From Alphaproteobacteria bacterium (lineage in GTDB: Bacteria > Pseudomonadota > Alphaproteobacteria > GCA-2731375): 64,000 nt of DNA. Location of the stretch: positions 14,150 through 78,149 of the forward strand of contig CBDCGJ010000007.1 in the NCBI GenBank assembly GCA_965216645.1. The letters run 5' to 3'. Of the stretch, positions 19,843 to 30,678 are shown piece by piece (positions within the stretch are counted from its first letter, which is position 1; every line of letters starts with the position of its first letter). Below the pieces are notes generated by a model. It did not search any database. It was not told the origin of the DNA and worked only from the letters and a program-made list of their open reading frames with translations. A program made the translations under genes and the position numbers.

Positions 19843-20607
19843 TTGGCCGGAACCGACAAAACCAAAACGATTGCTGACGCGGCAACTCCTGCCGTCATCC
19901 TAGTCAAGCCGCAAATGGGCGAGAACATTGGCGCCTGCGCGCGGGCCATGACGAACTTCGGTCTCACGACCCTGCGTCTCGTTGCGCCGCGCGATGGTTG
20001 GCCCAACGAGAAAGCCCGCGCCATGGCCAGCCGGGCCGATCAGGTCCTGGACGAGGCTGAGGTCTTCCCGGATACGAACGCTGCCATTGCCGATCGCCAG
20101 GTGGTCTATGCCACGACGGCGCGACGGCGCGATATGGTGAAGCCGCACATGACCCCGAAGGAGGCCGCGGCCGACCTGCGCCTTCGGATCTCTGCCGGAC
20201 ACCGTTGCGCGCTTTTGTTCGGGGGGGAGCGGGCCGGATTGGACAATGACGATGTCGTGGCGGCGGATTATCTGGTGCATATCCCCGCCAACCCGGCATT
20301 CTCATCTCTCAATATCGCGCAGGCCGTTTTGCTGTTGGGTTATGAATGGTACCAGACCGGTGTGACACAGCAGCCGGAAACTACGGCCGATCCGCGGCAT
20401 GCGCCAGCGGCCCGGGCGGATTTGACGTTTTTCTTCGAGCGGTTGGAGGGTGAGTTGGAGGTCGGTGGATTTCTTAACCCGCCGGAGAAAGCGCCAGCCA
20501 TGAAGCGGAATATACGCAATATGTTTCAACGTCTCGCACCGACGGACCAGGATTTAAGGACGCTGCAAGGTATCGTCAGCGCCTTGATTCGAAAACGCGG
20601 AGAATAG
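19843..20607 (+). CDS. SpoU/TrmH-family RNA 2'-O-methyltransferase (TrmJ-like)
   Basis: The VILVKPQMGENIGACARAMTNFG motif and SPOUT knot motifs (LLFGGERAGL, IPANPAFSSLNIAQA). Apparent TTG start at 19843; an ATG at 19915 is the alternative. Confidence 0.7.
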   Translation: MAGTDKTKTIADAATPAVILVKPQMGENIGACARAMTNFGLTTLRLVAPRDGWPNEKARAMASRADQVLDEAEVFPDTNAAIADRQVVYATTARRRDMVKPHMTPKEAAADLRLRISAGHRCALLFGGERAGLDNDDVVAADYLVHIPANPAFSSLNIAQAVLLLGYEWYQTGVTQQPETTADPRHAPAARADLTFFFERLEGELEVGGFLNPPEKAPAMKRNIRNMFQRLAPTDQDLRTLQGIVSALIRKRGE

Positions 20608-20629
20608 GTGATTTTCCCCGGACATTTTG

Positions 20630-20657
20630 TTGACATCGAAAAGCCAGTGCGTATAGT
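20630..20657 (+). promoter_or_regulatory. Near-consensus sigma-70 promoter for rpsD (-35 TTGACA, 16-nt spacer, -10 TATAGT)
   Basis: TTGACA at 20630..20635 and TATAGT at 20652..20657, about 85 nt upstream of the rpsD ATG. Confidence 0.6.
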
Positions 20658-20668
20658 GCACCCGCTAT

Positions 20669-20694
20669 CGCGCGCCCAGGCTCGGCGCGCGTTT
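20669..20694 (+). promoter_or_regulatory. GC-rich hairpin plus U-tract in the rpsD 5' leader (possible attenuator / S4 autoregulatory structure)
   Basis: CGCGCGCC-caggctc-GGCGCGCG, an 8-bp perfect stem, followed by TTTGATATT and located between the promoter and the start codon. Confidence 0.4.
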
Positions 20695-20739
20695 GATATT
20701 GGTTTCCGTTCAATCGGTTAAGCGTTAGAGAGATCGTTC

Positions 20740-21354
20740 ATGACGAAACGGCTAAGGTCGAAATACAAACTAAACCGCCGACTGGGCGAAAACCTTTGGG
20801 GGCGGCCGAAAAGCCCGGTCAATATCCGCGACTACGGGCCCGGTCAACATGGTCAACGCCGACGCAAGCCATCCGACTACGGTACGCAGCTGCTCGCCAA
20901 GCAGAAACTGCGTGGCTACTACGGCAACATCACGGAAAAGCAGTTCCGTCGGACTTATGATGACGCCGTGCGGCGTAAGGGCGACACGAGTGAGAACTTG
21001 ATTGGTCTCTTGGAAAGCCGACTGGACGCCGTGATTTATCGGGCGAAGTTCGTTCCGACCGTGTTCTCGGCGCGACAATTCGTCAACCATGGACATGTCA
21101 TGGTCAACGGTCGGCGGGTCAACATTCCAAGCTATCGGGTCAAGGAAGGCGATGTCATCGAGGTCCGGGAGCGCTCCCGCCAAATGAACCTGGTATTGGA
21201 AGCGGTCGATTCGCCGGAGCGGGATATTCCGGATTATCTCGACGTTGACCACAACAAGATGCGGGGTGTTTTTCTCCGCATGCCGAGTTTGGCCGACGTG
21301 CCTTACCCGGTCCAGATGGAACCGAACTTGGTGGTTGAGTATTATTCGCGTTGA
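20740..21354 (+). CDS. rpsD: 30S ribosomal protein S4
   Basis: 204 aa with full-length similarity to bacterial S4 ([24 protein letters not shown]..., S4 RNA-binding domain). Confidence 0.95.
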   Translation: MTKRLRSKYKLNRRLGENLWGRPKSPVNIRDYGPGQHGQRRRKPSDYGTQLLAKQKLRGYYGNITEKQFRRTYDDAVRRKGDTSENLIGLLESRLDAVIYRAKFVPTVFSARQFVNHGHVMVNGRRVNIPSYRVKEGDVIEVRERSRQMNLVLEAVDSPERDIPDYLDVDHNKMRGVFLRMPSLADVPYPVQMEPNLVVEYYSR

Positions 21355-21388
21355 TACATCGAAAACTATCAAGTATTGCAATGGAATG

Positions 21389-21417
21389 AGGCCCGCATCG
21401 CGGGCCTTTTCTTTATT
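21389..21417 (+). terminator. Rho-independent terminator of rpsD
   Basis: GGCCCGC-atcg-GCGGGCC stem followed by TTTTCTTTATT, 35 nt after the rpsD stop. Confidence 0.8.
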
Positions 21418-21424
21418 CTCGTAT

Positions 21425-21437
21425 AGCGTTGGCGGTT
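21425..21437. repeat. Left arm of imperfect 13-bp inverted repeat in AT-rich region bordering low-GC islet
   Basis: AGCGTTGGCGGTT matches the reverse complement of 21517..21529 (AACCGCCAGCGTT) at 11 of 13 positions. The arms are about 80 bp apart. Confidence 0.4.
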
Positions 21438-21516
21438 TTAATATTCTAAGCAACTAATATTAGATAATTATTGCAACCTGTAATGTCTGTACCGAATCCC
21501 TCAGGTCCGGTAGTGT

Positions 21517-21529
21517 AACCGCCAGCGTT
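21517..21529. repeat. Right arm of imperfect 13-bp inverted repeat
   Basis: AACCGCCAGCGTT. See the left arm at 21425..21437. Confidence 0.4.
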
Positions 21530-21623
21530 TGAAAGAAATATATTCCGTATTGAAATAGTTTAATATCGAATCGTGTTTTGTAACTATATACGCGTACATC
21601 ATTAGCTGAGATAATTTTCACCC

Positions 21624-22415
21624 ATGTCAGTTCAGGATCAAACACAAGTTTTTGCACCCTGCCGTCGGGTCTTTCGGCGTGCCCGCAGGTTGCTGGACCG
21701 AGACGATCTAAACGATTCGCAACGGCTTCTCAGCGATTTCTCGACATGTTTGGAAAAAAGTTGTCCTCGCCGACAGCAATGTCAGCGATACGTCAGAGGC
21801 CAAGGACTTGCGGTTCCGGAGAACAAATCCGACCTCGTCGATTGGCAGACAATGTCTCGTCGTCCAAATGGTTATGTAGACATCGACGGCCACCGATTGA
21901 CGGAGGGTTTTGAACAACATTTTGCCGCCAGAGACCATTGGGAAAATAGGATTTTGCATCAACAAATAGCGAAAGATGTAGCGTGGAAGTACGAAACGTC
22001 GAGCTTTCGTGCGTTGCTCCGCGCTTGGTACGATTTGGAAAACCCCTCCCTTTCAGATTTCAACTTCGCTGCTCTGAACCGGGAGGATATTGAACCGTGG
22101 CTGCACATTTTTGAGTTTGGCGGCGAAGGGGGGACTAGATTCAAACGTTATGCGCCGCGTATGACGGAGCTGTCAGGCCGGGACGACACAAACACATCAA
22201 TCATGGATTTTCCTATCAGAAAGTTTGCTGAACTCATTGAGCAAGTTCAAGACGACCTTATCGAACAAAGAAAACCGAAATACGGTTATGTTGTTCGTCA
22301 ACTGAATTTCAAAGGCAGTCGACGTGAAGCAGCGATGCGGCGATTAGAATTGCCGTACTTTTCGGGCGATATGGTCGTCGGTTCAATCGTCATGTTGAAG
22401 CCAGAAGCGGCATAG
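21624..22415 (+). CDS. Hypothetical protein (low-GC islet ORF A)
   Basis: 263-aa ORF at about 48% GC inside a roughly 1.8-kb low-GC islet. No recognisable catalytic or DNA-binding motif. Preceded by a 200-bp AT-rich region. Confidence 0.45.
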   Translation: MSVQDQTQVFAPCRRVFRRARRLLDRDDLNDSQRLLSDFSTCLEKSCPRRQQCQRYVRGQGLAVPENKSDLVDWQTMSRRPNGYVDIDGHRLTEGFEQHFAARDHWENRILHQQIAKDVAWKYETSSFRALLRAWYDLENPSLSDFNFAALNREDIEPWLHIFEFGGEGGTRFKRYAPRMTELSGRDDTNTSIMDFPIRKFAELIEQVQDDLIEQRKPKYGYVVRQLNFKGSRREAAMRRLELPYFSGDMVVGSIVMLKPEAA

Positions 22416-23114
22416 CTCTTTTCGAAAATCCATCATTTGTTCATTTATTGAGCTACAGTTTAACCAGACATTTCGTTCGTCATTCGTGTAAGGGAAATAT
22501 CCGACGGAAATCGGAAAGCTATGTGAGTAGCCGTAATACTTAGTGCCAAATTCTCGTGAGATCAAAGCATCCGAGATTAATTGGCCTGTCAACCAGTCAG
22601 GTTGAAATCGTGTAATACCGTGTGCTCTGATCAACCGCGTGAAGTGGGCTGAAAGCCGTGCTCCTCCGTACTCCTGCTTGCGATGAGTTTTCTGTAAATA
22701 TGCTCCGCCAGAGTGAACAATAGATCCAGAAATATTCACCCGCTCGGGAGGAAACCGGAAATTAGGCAAAGGAACGGTTTCTCTATGATGTTTCGGGCTC
22801 CAAAGATACCCTTTCGCGATGTAATCCTTATAGTCGTCGATAATGTCGTGACGCATCGCGACCCAAGCTACGGGACTGCGATTTTGCTCAAGTAGTATCC
22901 AGCCGCTGTTACTTTCGGTGAGATCAAACAGCTCGGGGTCGAGATGACGTGCCAGCGGCGCTTCCGAATTGAATTCCAATGTCAGATCGCGCCAGCCCGA
23001 GAGGCCTGCAAAGCATTGAACGGATATCGCATTTCGATTTAACAACTGGCAGACTGTATCGATATACAGCTGAGTCAAAATATCGACATGATTGTCGTCA
23101 GACTGAAGTTGCAT
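22383..23114 (-). CDS. Hypothetical protein with GNAT-like acyl-CoA N-acyltransferase motif (low-GC islet ORF B)
   Basis: 243 aa. The segment IVHSGGAYLQKTHRKQEYGGARLSAHFTRLIRAHGI fits GNAT motif A (Q-x-x-G-x-A then a helix ending in G). It is in the size range of AHL/N-acyl-amino-acid synthase-like proteins. It is convergent with ORF A and overlaps it by 33 bp. Confidence 0.4.
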   Translation of the reverse strand: MQLQSDDNHVDILTQLYIDTVCQLLNRNAISVQCFAGLSGWRDLTLEFNSEAPLARHLDPELFDLTESNSGWILLEQNRSPVAWVAMRHDIIDDYKDYIAKGYLWSPKHHRETVPLPNFRFPPERVNISGSIVHSGGAYLQKTHRKQEYGGARLSAHFTRLIRAHGITRFQPDWLTGQLISDALISREFGTKYYGYSHSFPISVGYFPYTNDERNVWLNCSSINEQMMDFRKELCRFWLQHDD

Positions 23115-23191
23115 CTCGTACCAACGTGAATTAGCACGTGTGACTACACTTATATCAGTTAAGTTATCACGTAAATGCTATCTCTAGTCTA

Positions 23192-23539
23192 CTATTCTTC
23201 AAAAATCTCCAGCTTGAGGTCCAGCATTTCGCCCATCCAAATTGGATGGTCGCGATGGTCTTCAAGATCGTTACCCGTATTGGGATGCAGGAATATGGTG
23301 CAGCCGCGCCGGTTCAGCATCAACCACGGAACCAGCGTCGAAAACAGTTCCTGCGCAAATAGAATTTGGTAACTCCAACGCGGATGCGGGCCGACATTGC
23401 GTTCGTGCCAGCGGCCCATATCGACATCGAATTTCTCCACAACCTCCTCGCGCAAGGCCATCGCGGCCTCCCGCTTTTCGGCGTCGAAATAGACGTGGGC
23501 GTGGTAGTCCGGGATTCCGGCAACCATAGGTTTGGCCAT
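23192..23539 (-). CDS. DOPA 4,5-dioxygenase-family protein (DODA-like, PF08883-type)
   Basis: 115 aa with the [20 protein letters not shown]-terminus (conserved H-x-H-x-Y-F motif). Its start overlaps the grxD stop. Confidence 0.6.
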   Translation of the reverse strand: MAKPMVAGIPDYHAHVYFDAEKREAAMALREEVVEKFDVDMGRWHERNVGPHPRWSYQILFAQELFSTLVPWLMLNRRGCTIFLHPNTGNDLEDHRDHPIWMGEMLDLKLEIFEE

Positions 23540-23877
23540 TACGCCGCCTTCACCTGTACGCCCTTGTCTTTCAGCATGTCCTGCAATTCGCCGGTCTCGA
23601 ACATCTCGCGCAGGATATCGCAGCCGCCCACGAACTCGCCCTTCACGTAAAGCTGCGGGATGGTCGGCCAATTGCTGAATTCTTTGATGCCTTCGCGCAC
23701 GCTCATGTCTTCCAGCACATTGACGCTGGAAAACGGTACTTCAAGATGGCTCAAGATTTGAACCACGACGGAAGAGAATCCGCATTGCGGAAAGACGGGC
23801 GTGCCCTTCATAAACAGAACGACATCGTCGCCGTCGATTGTGGTTTTGATCTTTTCCTGAACAGGATTGTCACTCAT
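23539..23877 (-). CDS. grxD: Monothiol glutaredoxin (Grx4 family)
   Basis: 112 aa with the CGFS active site (FPQCGFSS) and the conserved [19 protein letters not shown] region. Confidence 0.9.
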   Translation of the reverse strand: MSDNPVQEKIKTTIDGDDVVLFMKGTPVFPQCGFSSVVVQILSHLEVPFSSVNVLEDMSVREGIKEFSNWPTIPQLYVKGEFVGGCDILREMFETGELQDMLKDKGVQVKAA

Positions 23878-23908
23878 AGCATTTCGTCCCTTGCCAATGT
23901 CCCGCTGG

Positions 23909-24145
23909 TCACTCCTCCGGCACCGCGGTTTGCAGTGCCAGAGCATGGAGTTGACCCCCCATCCGTCCTTGCAGGGCCTGATAGACCATTTGGTGTTGCT
24001 GAACCCGTGATTTCCCTTGAAAGGCGGCGGACGTGACGCGAGCGGCGTAATGGTCGCCGTCACCGCGCAGATCTTCGATTTCGACATCCGCATCGGGTAT
24101 GCCCGCCTTGATCAGCTTGGTGATTTCGCCAGCATCCATCGCCAT
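23909..24145 (-). CDS. BolA-family protein
   Basis: 78 aa with a BolA fold signature (class II KH-like with the conserved H...H pair). The bolA-grxD pairing is typical. Confidence 0.8.
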   Translation of the reverse strand: MAMDAGEITKLIKAGIPDADVEIEDLRGDGDHYAARVTSAAFQGKSRVQQHQMVYQALQGRMGGQLHALALQTAVPEE

Positions 24146-24182
24146 TCGGCGTACTCCAAAGTTCAGAAACCTTACTCAGATC

Positions 24183-26386
<2,204 letters not shown>

Positions 26387-26390
<4 letters not shown>

Positions 26391-27070
26391 GCCAATGCGT
26401 CCACCAAACCTTTAAACAACGCGCGGCCGTCTTCTCCGCCATGCAGGGCGTCGCTGGCACGCTCCGGATGGGGCATCATGCCGAGCACGGTTTTGGATGC
26501 GTTGAAGACGCCGGCGATATCCCGCGCCGACCCGTTCGGATTGGCCGGACCATGGGTATCGCCCGAGATATACCTGAATGCGACCTGATCGTTCGCCTCC
26601 AATTCGTCGAGTATGTCGTCGTCGGCGAAATACTGGCCATCATGATGCGCGACCGGTACACGGAGAATATCGCCGTCGCCGTATCCGGCGGTGAAGACCG
26701 TTTGGCTATTTTCGACTTTCAAATGGACGTCGCGGCAGACATATTTCAGTCCCGCATTGGATATTAGGGCACCCGGCAACAGGGCGCTCTCGACCAAAAT
26801 TTGAAATCCGTTGCAGATACCCAATACGGGGACGCCTTTGTTGGCTCTAGCGACAACGTCACTCATGATCGGCGAATTGGCGGCCATGGCGCCGCTACGC
26901 AGATAGTCGCCGTACGAAAAGCCGCCCGGCAATACGATAAGGTCCACGTCGGGCAAGGAGGTATCGCCGTGCCAGACCATATGGACCGGCTGATTGGTCG
27001 CTTGTTCCAGCGCCACTTTGACGTCCCGGTCGCAATTGGATCCGGGAAAAACAACAACCGCCGATTTCAC
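26387..27070 (-). CDS. purQ: Phosphoribosylformylglycinamidine synthase subunit PurQ (glutaminase)
   Basis: Class I GATase with the GICNGFQ nucleophile elbow and an H/E pair. Start assigned to GTG 27070 ([14 protein letters not shown]), with a GGGAG SD 9 nt upstream. The longer ORF extension has no support. Confidence 0.85.
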
Positions 27071-27107
27071 CCTAACGCTCCCGACCCGGTAGTTCTGACT
27101 GATCCGC

Positions 27108-27350
27108 TCATTCGACCATTTCGATGGTGTAGTTTTCGATGACGGTGTTGGCGAGCAACTGCCTGCACATGGCATCCACGGCCGCCTCGGCCTTGTCGCG
27201 ATCCTGCTCTGTCAGGTCGAGTTCGATCATTTTGCCTTGGCGCACGTCCTGTACGCCATCGAATCCAAGATGGTCGAGCGATTTGGAAATCGCCTTTCCC
27301 TGGGGGTCTAAGACACCGTTTTTCAGGTAGATATGTACTCGAGCTTTCAC
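27108..27350 (-). CDS. purS: Phosphoribosylformylglycinamidine synthase subunit PurS
   Basis: 80 aa with PurS family features ([18 protein letters not shown]). Confidence 0.9.
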   Translation of the reverse strand: MKARVHIYLKNGVLDPQGKAISKSLDHLGFDGVQDVRQGKMIELDLTEQDRDKAEAAVDAMCRQLLANTVIENYTIEMVE

Positions 27351-27370
27351 GCGAAACTATCCTCTACGAA

Positions 27371-28135
27371 TTACTGGATCGCCACCGGGCCTTTCATGTC
27401 GTTGGGTCCGGCGTCAGGTAGGATGCCCAACCGGCGGGCGACTTCTTGATAGGCTTCGGCCACGCCGCCCAAATCGCGCCGAAAACGATCTTTGTCCAGT
27501 TTCTCATTGCTGGCCATATCCCAAAGGCGGCAACTGTCCGGGCTGATTTCGTCTGCCAGGACGATACGCATTTCGTCGCCATTGTAGAGACGGCCGAATT
27601 CCAATTTGAAGTCGATAAGGCGAATGCCGACACCCGAGAACAGACCGAAAAGCATATCGTTGATCCTGAGTGACATGGCCATGATCTCATCGATCTCCGG
27701 CGGACTGGCCCAGCCGAAACAGGTGATATGTTCTTCGGTGACCATCGGGTCGCCCAGTTCGTCCGACTTGTAACAGAATTCGACAATCGACCTGGGCAAC
27801 GGCGTGCCTTCCTTCAGGCCGAGCCGGTTGGCCAAAGTGCCGGCGGCGACGTTTCGAACGATAACTTCGACGGGAATAATCTCCACTTCCCGTATCAGTT
27901 GTTCGCGCATGTTGAGGCGCCGCACGAAATGCGTCGGAATGCCAAGCTCGCTCAGTCGCGTCATGATATGTTCGCTGATCCGGTTGTTCAGCACGCCTTT
28001 ACCGGTGATGACGCCCTTCTTCTCGTTGTTGAAGGCGGTGGCGTCGTCCTTGAAATACTGGACAAGCGTGCCGGGCTCGGGCCCCTCGAAAAGGACTTTG
28101 GCCTTACCCTCGTAGACCTTCCTACGACGTGACAT
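27371..28135 (-). CDS. purC: Phosphoribosylaminoimidazole-succinocarboxamide synthase
   Basis: 254 aa from [18 protein letters not shown] with SAICAR synthetase motifs. The ORF tool's upstream extension has no homology. Confidence 0.9.
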   Translation of the reverse strand: MSRRRKVYEGKAKVLFEGPEPGTLVQYFKDDATAFNNEKKGVITGKGVLNNRISEHIMTRLSELGIPTHFVRRLNMREQLIREVEIIPVEVIVRNVAAGTLANRLGLKEGTPLPRSIVEFCYKSDELGDPMVTEEHITCFGWASPPEIDEIMAMSLRINDMLFGLFSGVGIRLIDFKLEFGRLYNGDEMRIVLADEISPDSCRLWDMASNEKLDKDRFRRDLGGVAEAYQEVARRLGILPDAGPNDMKGPVAIQ

Positions 28136-28347
28136 CGGATTTCGCTTTGCTTGAAACGCGTCCACCGTCGCGAGCGGGGGGATGCGGTATCGGATGAATT
28201 TCGGTCGCCATATCAGCGCCCGGAACATAACCGAATTGAGGTCGCGATACAATCGCCGCTTGGACTGGATTTCTGGCCCTATCCGGCTTAGATATGAAAG
28301 GGATAATATAGCCCGATACCGCCACATGAAGTCAGGAGTTGAAGCTG

Positions 28348-28668
28348 ATGAGCACCTTTGACAAACAGCAAAAAGCCCACGAGGCCAAATACGCCCACGA
28401 CAAGGAGACCGAGTTCAAGATCATGGCGCGGCGCAACAAACTCCTGGGTTTATGGGCGGCGGAGCACTTCGGGCTTAGCGGAGACGCGGCCGAAGCATAT
28501 GCGAAGGAAGTGATTGCCTCCGATTTCGATCGCCCCGGCGACGAGGATGTGTTCGAAAAAGTCGATGCCGATTTCAAGGAACGCGGCGTCGAGATGTCAG
28601 AGCATCGCATTCGGCGCGAGATGGAAGAGTTGCTTGAAACCGCTCGTGACCAAATCCTGGCGGAATAG
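28348..28668 (+). CDS. DUF1476-family protein (F1-ATPase inhibitor zeta-subunit homologue)
   Basis: 106 aa ([56 protein letters not shown]...), matching the alphaproteobacterial zeta/DUF1476 pattern. AGGAG SD 9 nt upstream of ATG 28348. Confidence 0.7.
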   Translation: MSTFDKQQKAHEAKYAHDKETEFKIMARRNKLLGLWAAEHFGLSGDAAEAYAKEVIASDFDRPGDEDVFEKVDADFKERGVEMSEHRIRREMEELLETARDQILAE

Positions 28669-28683
28669 AAAGCGCCGAATCGC

Positions 28684-29346
28684 TTAGCGAAACTCATAGC
28701 GTCCATTGCGGACGCGGATGTTCGGCACTCTTCTGGTTTGCTCGAAAAGCGCATACCCTTCCCGCAGGTTATCCCAAAAACTTGCCCATCGATGTCCGTC
28801 GAATCTAGGGGCGTAGGGAGCATCGAAGCGGAACGGAAATATGTGTACCTGAAACGCCGATTGACCATTGGCGAGGGCCGCCTCGGCAAGTTGGTATATT
28901 TGGTCGATGCCCGGATCGGTCATGGCATAACAGCCGATCGATACGCAATTACCATGGACCATGAGAAATGAACCGGTGCGACCGTGGGATCGGTCGTAGG
29001 CGTTCGGGTATCCTAAATTGAAGGCGCGATGGAAGCGGCTGCCAGGGTGTAGTTGTTTCGGGCCGATACGGTAGAAGCCTTCCGGACTTTGCCGGTCGCC
29101 TTCCCTCAGTTTCGGGCCGAGATCGCCGGAATAGGCGCAGATCGGATACATCTTAAAGAGCGCGAAACGTCCGCTTTTTTTCAGCCAGACCTCCAGCACT
29201 CTCTCCGTTTTGAAAACTCTTATGAAAAGTGACGCACCCGACGCGAAGCCGCCTTGGTTCAATTCCTCTTGCAGTCCGTCGGCCACAAGAGATTGACTTC
29301 TGATGCCCGCAAAAACAAAGCAAATTATTAGAGCAAATAGACGCAT
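28684..29346 (-). CDS. L,D-transpeptidase (YkuD-domain) family protein, secreted
   Basis: Signal peptide MRLFALIICFVFAGIRSQS. The catalytic H/C pair sits in LMVHGNCVSIGCYAMTD. Confidence 0.7.
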   Translation of the reverse strand: MRLFALIICFVFAGIRSQSLVADGLQEELNQGGFASGASLFIRVFKTERVLEVWLKKSGRFALFKMYPICAYSGDLGPKLREGDRQSPEGFYRIGPKQLHPGSRFHRAFNLGYPNAYDRSHGRTGSFLMVHGNCVSIGCYAMTDPGIDQIYQLAEAALANGQSAFQVHIFPFRFDAPYAPRFDGHRWASFWDNLREGYALFEQTRRVPNIRVRNGRYEFR

Positions 29347-29478
29347 CCGTATCCCCATGTTAGTGTGAAAGACTATCTGCCGCCTATGTCGGGCGGTTGA
29401 CGGAATGGTGGCGATATTGGGGCACCAAGTTATTGTCTAAAATGGATATTCGTCCGACTATGTTTTTCGTAGGTTGAG

Positions 29479-30678
29479 ATGATCGACGACTTCGATTTGA
29501 TGAATGTACCGGCGGACTTTGTCGCCGATCCGTATCGTTATCTGGCGGAGCTTAGAGAGCGACGGCCAGTGCATCATCTACCCGACGGCAGCGTAATGTT
29601 GACCCGCTATGCCGACTTGGCGGCGGTCTATCGAAACCCCAAGGTCTGGAGTTCCGACAAGAAGATCGAATTCAAACCCAAATTTGGCGATAGCCCGCTT
29701 TACGAGCACCATACGACTAGCGTTGTGTTCACCGACCCGCCGGATCATACTCGTATCCGCGGCCTATTCCAGGCCGCCTTCACCCGCAAATCCCTCGCTG
29801 CCATGAAACCCCGTATCGAATTCATGGTTGACGGCTATCTCGACGCGTTCGAAGACAAAGGCGAGATGGATGTGGTGGAGGATTTCTCCTTCAAGCTGCC
29901 GATCGAAGTGATCTGCATCATGCTGGGCGTGCCGCAGCGGGATTGGGCTCTGATCCGGGACTGGGCCGTCGCCATCCTGACGGCCCTGGAACCGACGCTT
30001 ACACCGGCACAGCTCGACAAAGGCAATCAGTCGGTGGTCGATTTCAAAGCCTATTTACGCGATCTCGTGGAAGATCGGCGGCAGAGGCCCGGCGACGGTG
30101 CCGACGGCGAGGTGCTGACGGCCCTGATCGATGCGGAGGAGGACGGTGAGAAGCTGACGGAGCTCGAGCTGCTGCACCAATGTATTTTCATGCTCAATGC
30201 CGGGCATGAGACCTCGACGAACATGATTTCTCATGGCGTGCATGAGATACTTCGTCATCAAGAGGAATTGCAGCGCCTTCGCGACGATCGGGGTTTGATC
30301 GATAGTTGCGTCGAAGAAGTCTTGCGCTTTCATCCGCCGATCCAGATCAACAACCGTCGGGCGCTTGTCGATTGCGACGTGGGCGGGATGTCGTTGGCAG
30401 CTGGGACCACCGCGCATCTGATGATTGCCGGGGGTAATCGCGATCCGGCTCAATTTCCCGACCCGGACAGGTTCGACATCGGCCGCCGTCCAAATCGGCA
30501 CCTGTCCTTCGGCCTCGGCATCCATATCTGTGCCGGTAATTCGCTTGCCCGGATCGAAGCCGCGATCGCGTTTCAAAAACTGTTCGACCGGTTTCCTGGT
30601 CTCCACCTGACCGGCCCGGCTGAAATCGCGGACCGCATCCGCTTCCGAGAAGTCACGAAATTGCCGGTAGCGATTTGA
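29479..30678 (+). CDS. Cytochrome P450
   Basis: 399 aa with the heme-thiolate loop FGLGIHICAGNSLARIE, the ETLR K-helix motif (EEVLRFHPP) and an AGHETS I-helix. Confidence 0.9.
   Translation: MIDDFDLMNVPADFVADPYRYLAELRERRPVHHLPDGSVMLTRYADLAAVYRNPKVWSSDKKIEFKPKFGDSPLYEHHTTSVVFTDPPDHTRIRGLFQAAFTRKSLAAMKPRIEFMVDGYLDAFEDKGEMDVVEDFSFKLPIEVICIMLGVPQRDWALIRDWAVAILTALEPTLTPAQLDKGNQSVVDFKAYLRDLVEDRRQRPGDGADGEVLTALIDAEEDGEKLTELELLHQCIFMLNAGHETSTNMISHGVHEILRHQEELQRLRDDRGLIDSCVEEVLRFHPPIQINNRRALVDCDVGGMSLAAGTTAHLMIAGGNRDPAQFPDPDRFDIGRRPNRHLSFGLGIHICAGNSLARIEAAIAFQKLFDRFPGLHLTGPAEIADRIRFREVTKLPVAI

Noticed and set aside
28136-28347. Possible ZTP/purine riboswitch in the long purC leader
   Set aside because: A CCGGGCGCTGA string resembles part of the ZTP motif. 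I could not assemble the full P1/P2/pseudoknot consensus by eye. This needs a covariance-model scan, so it is not called.
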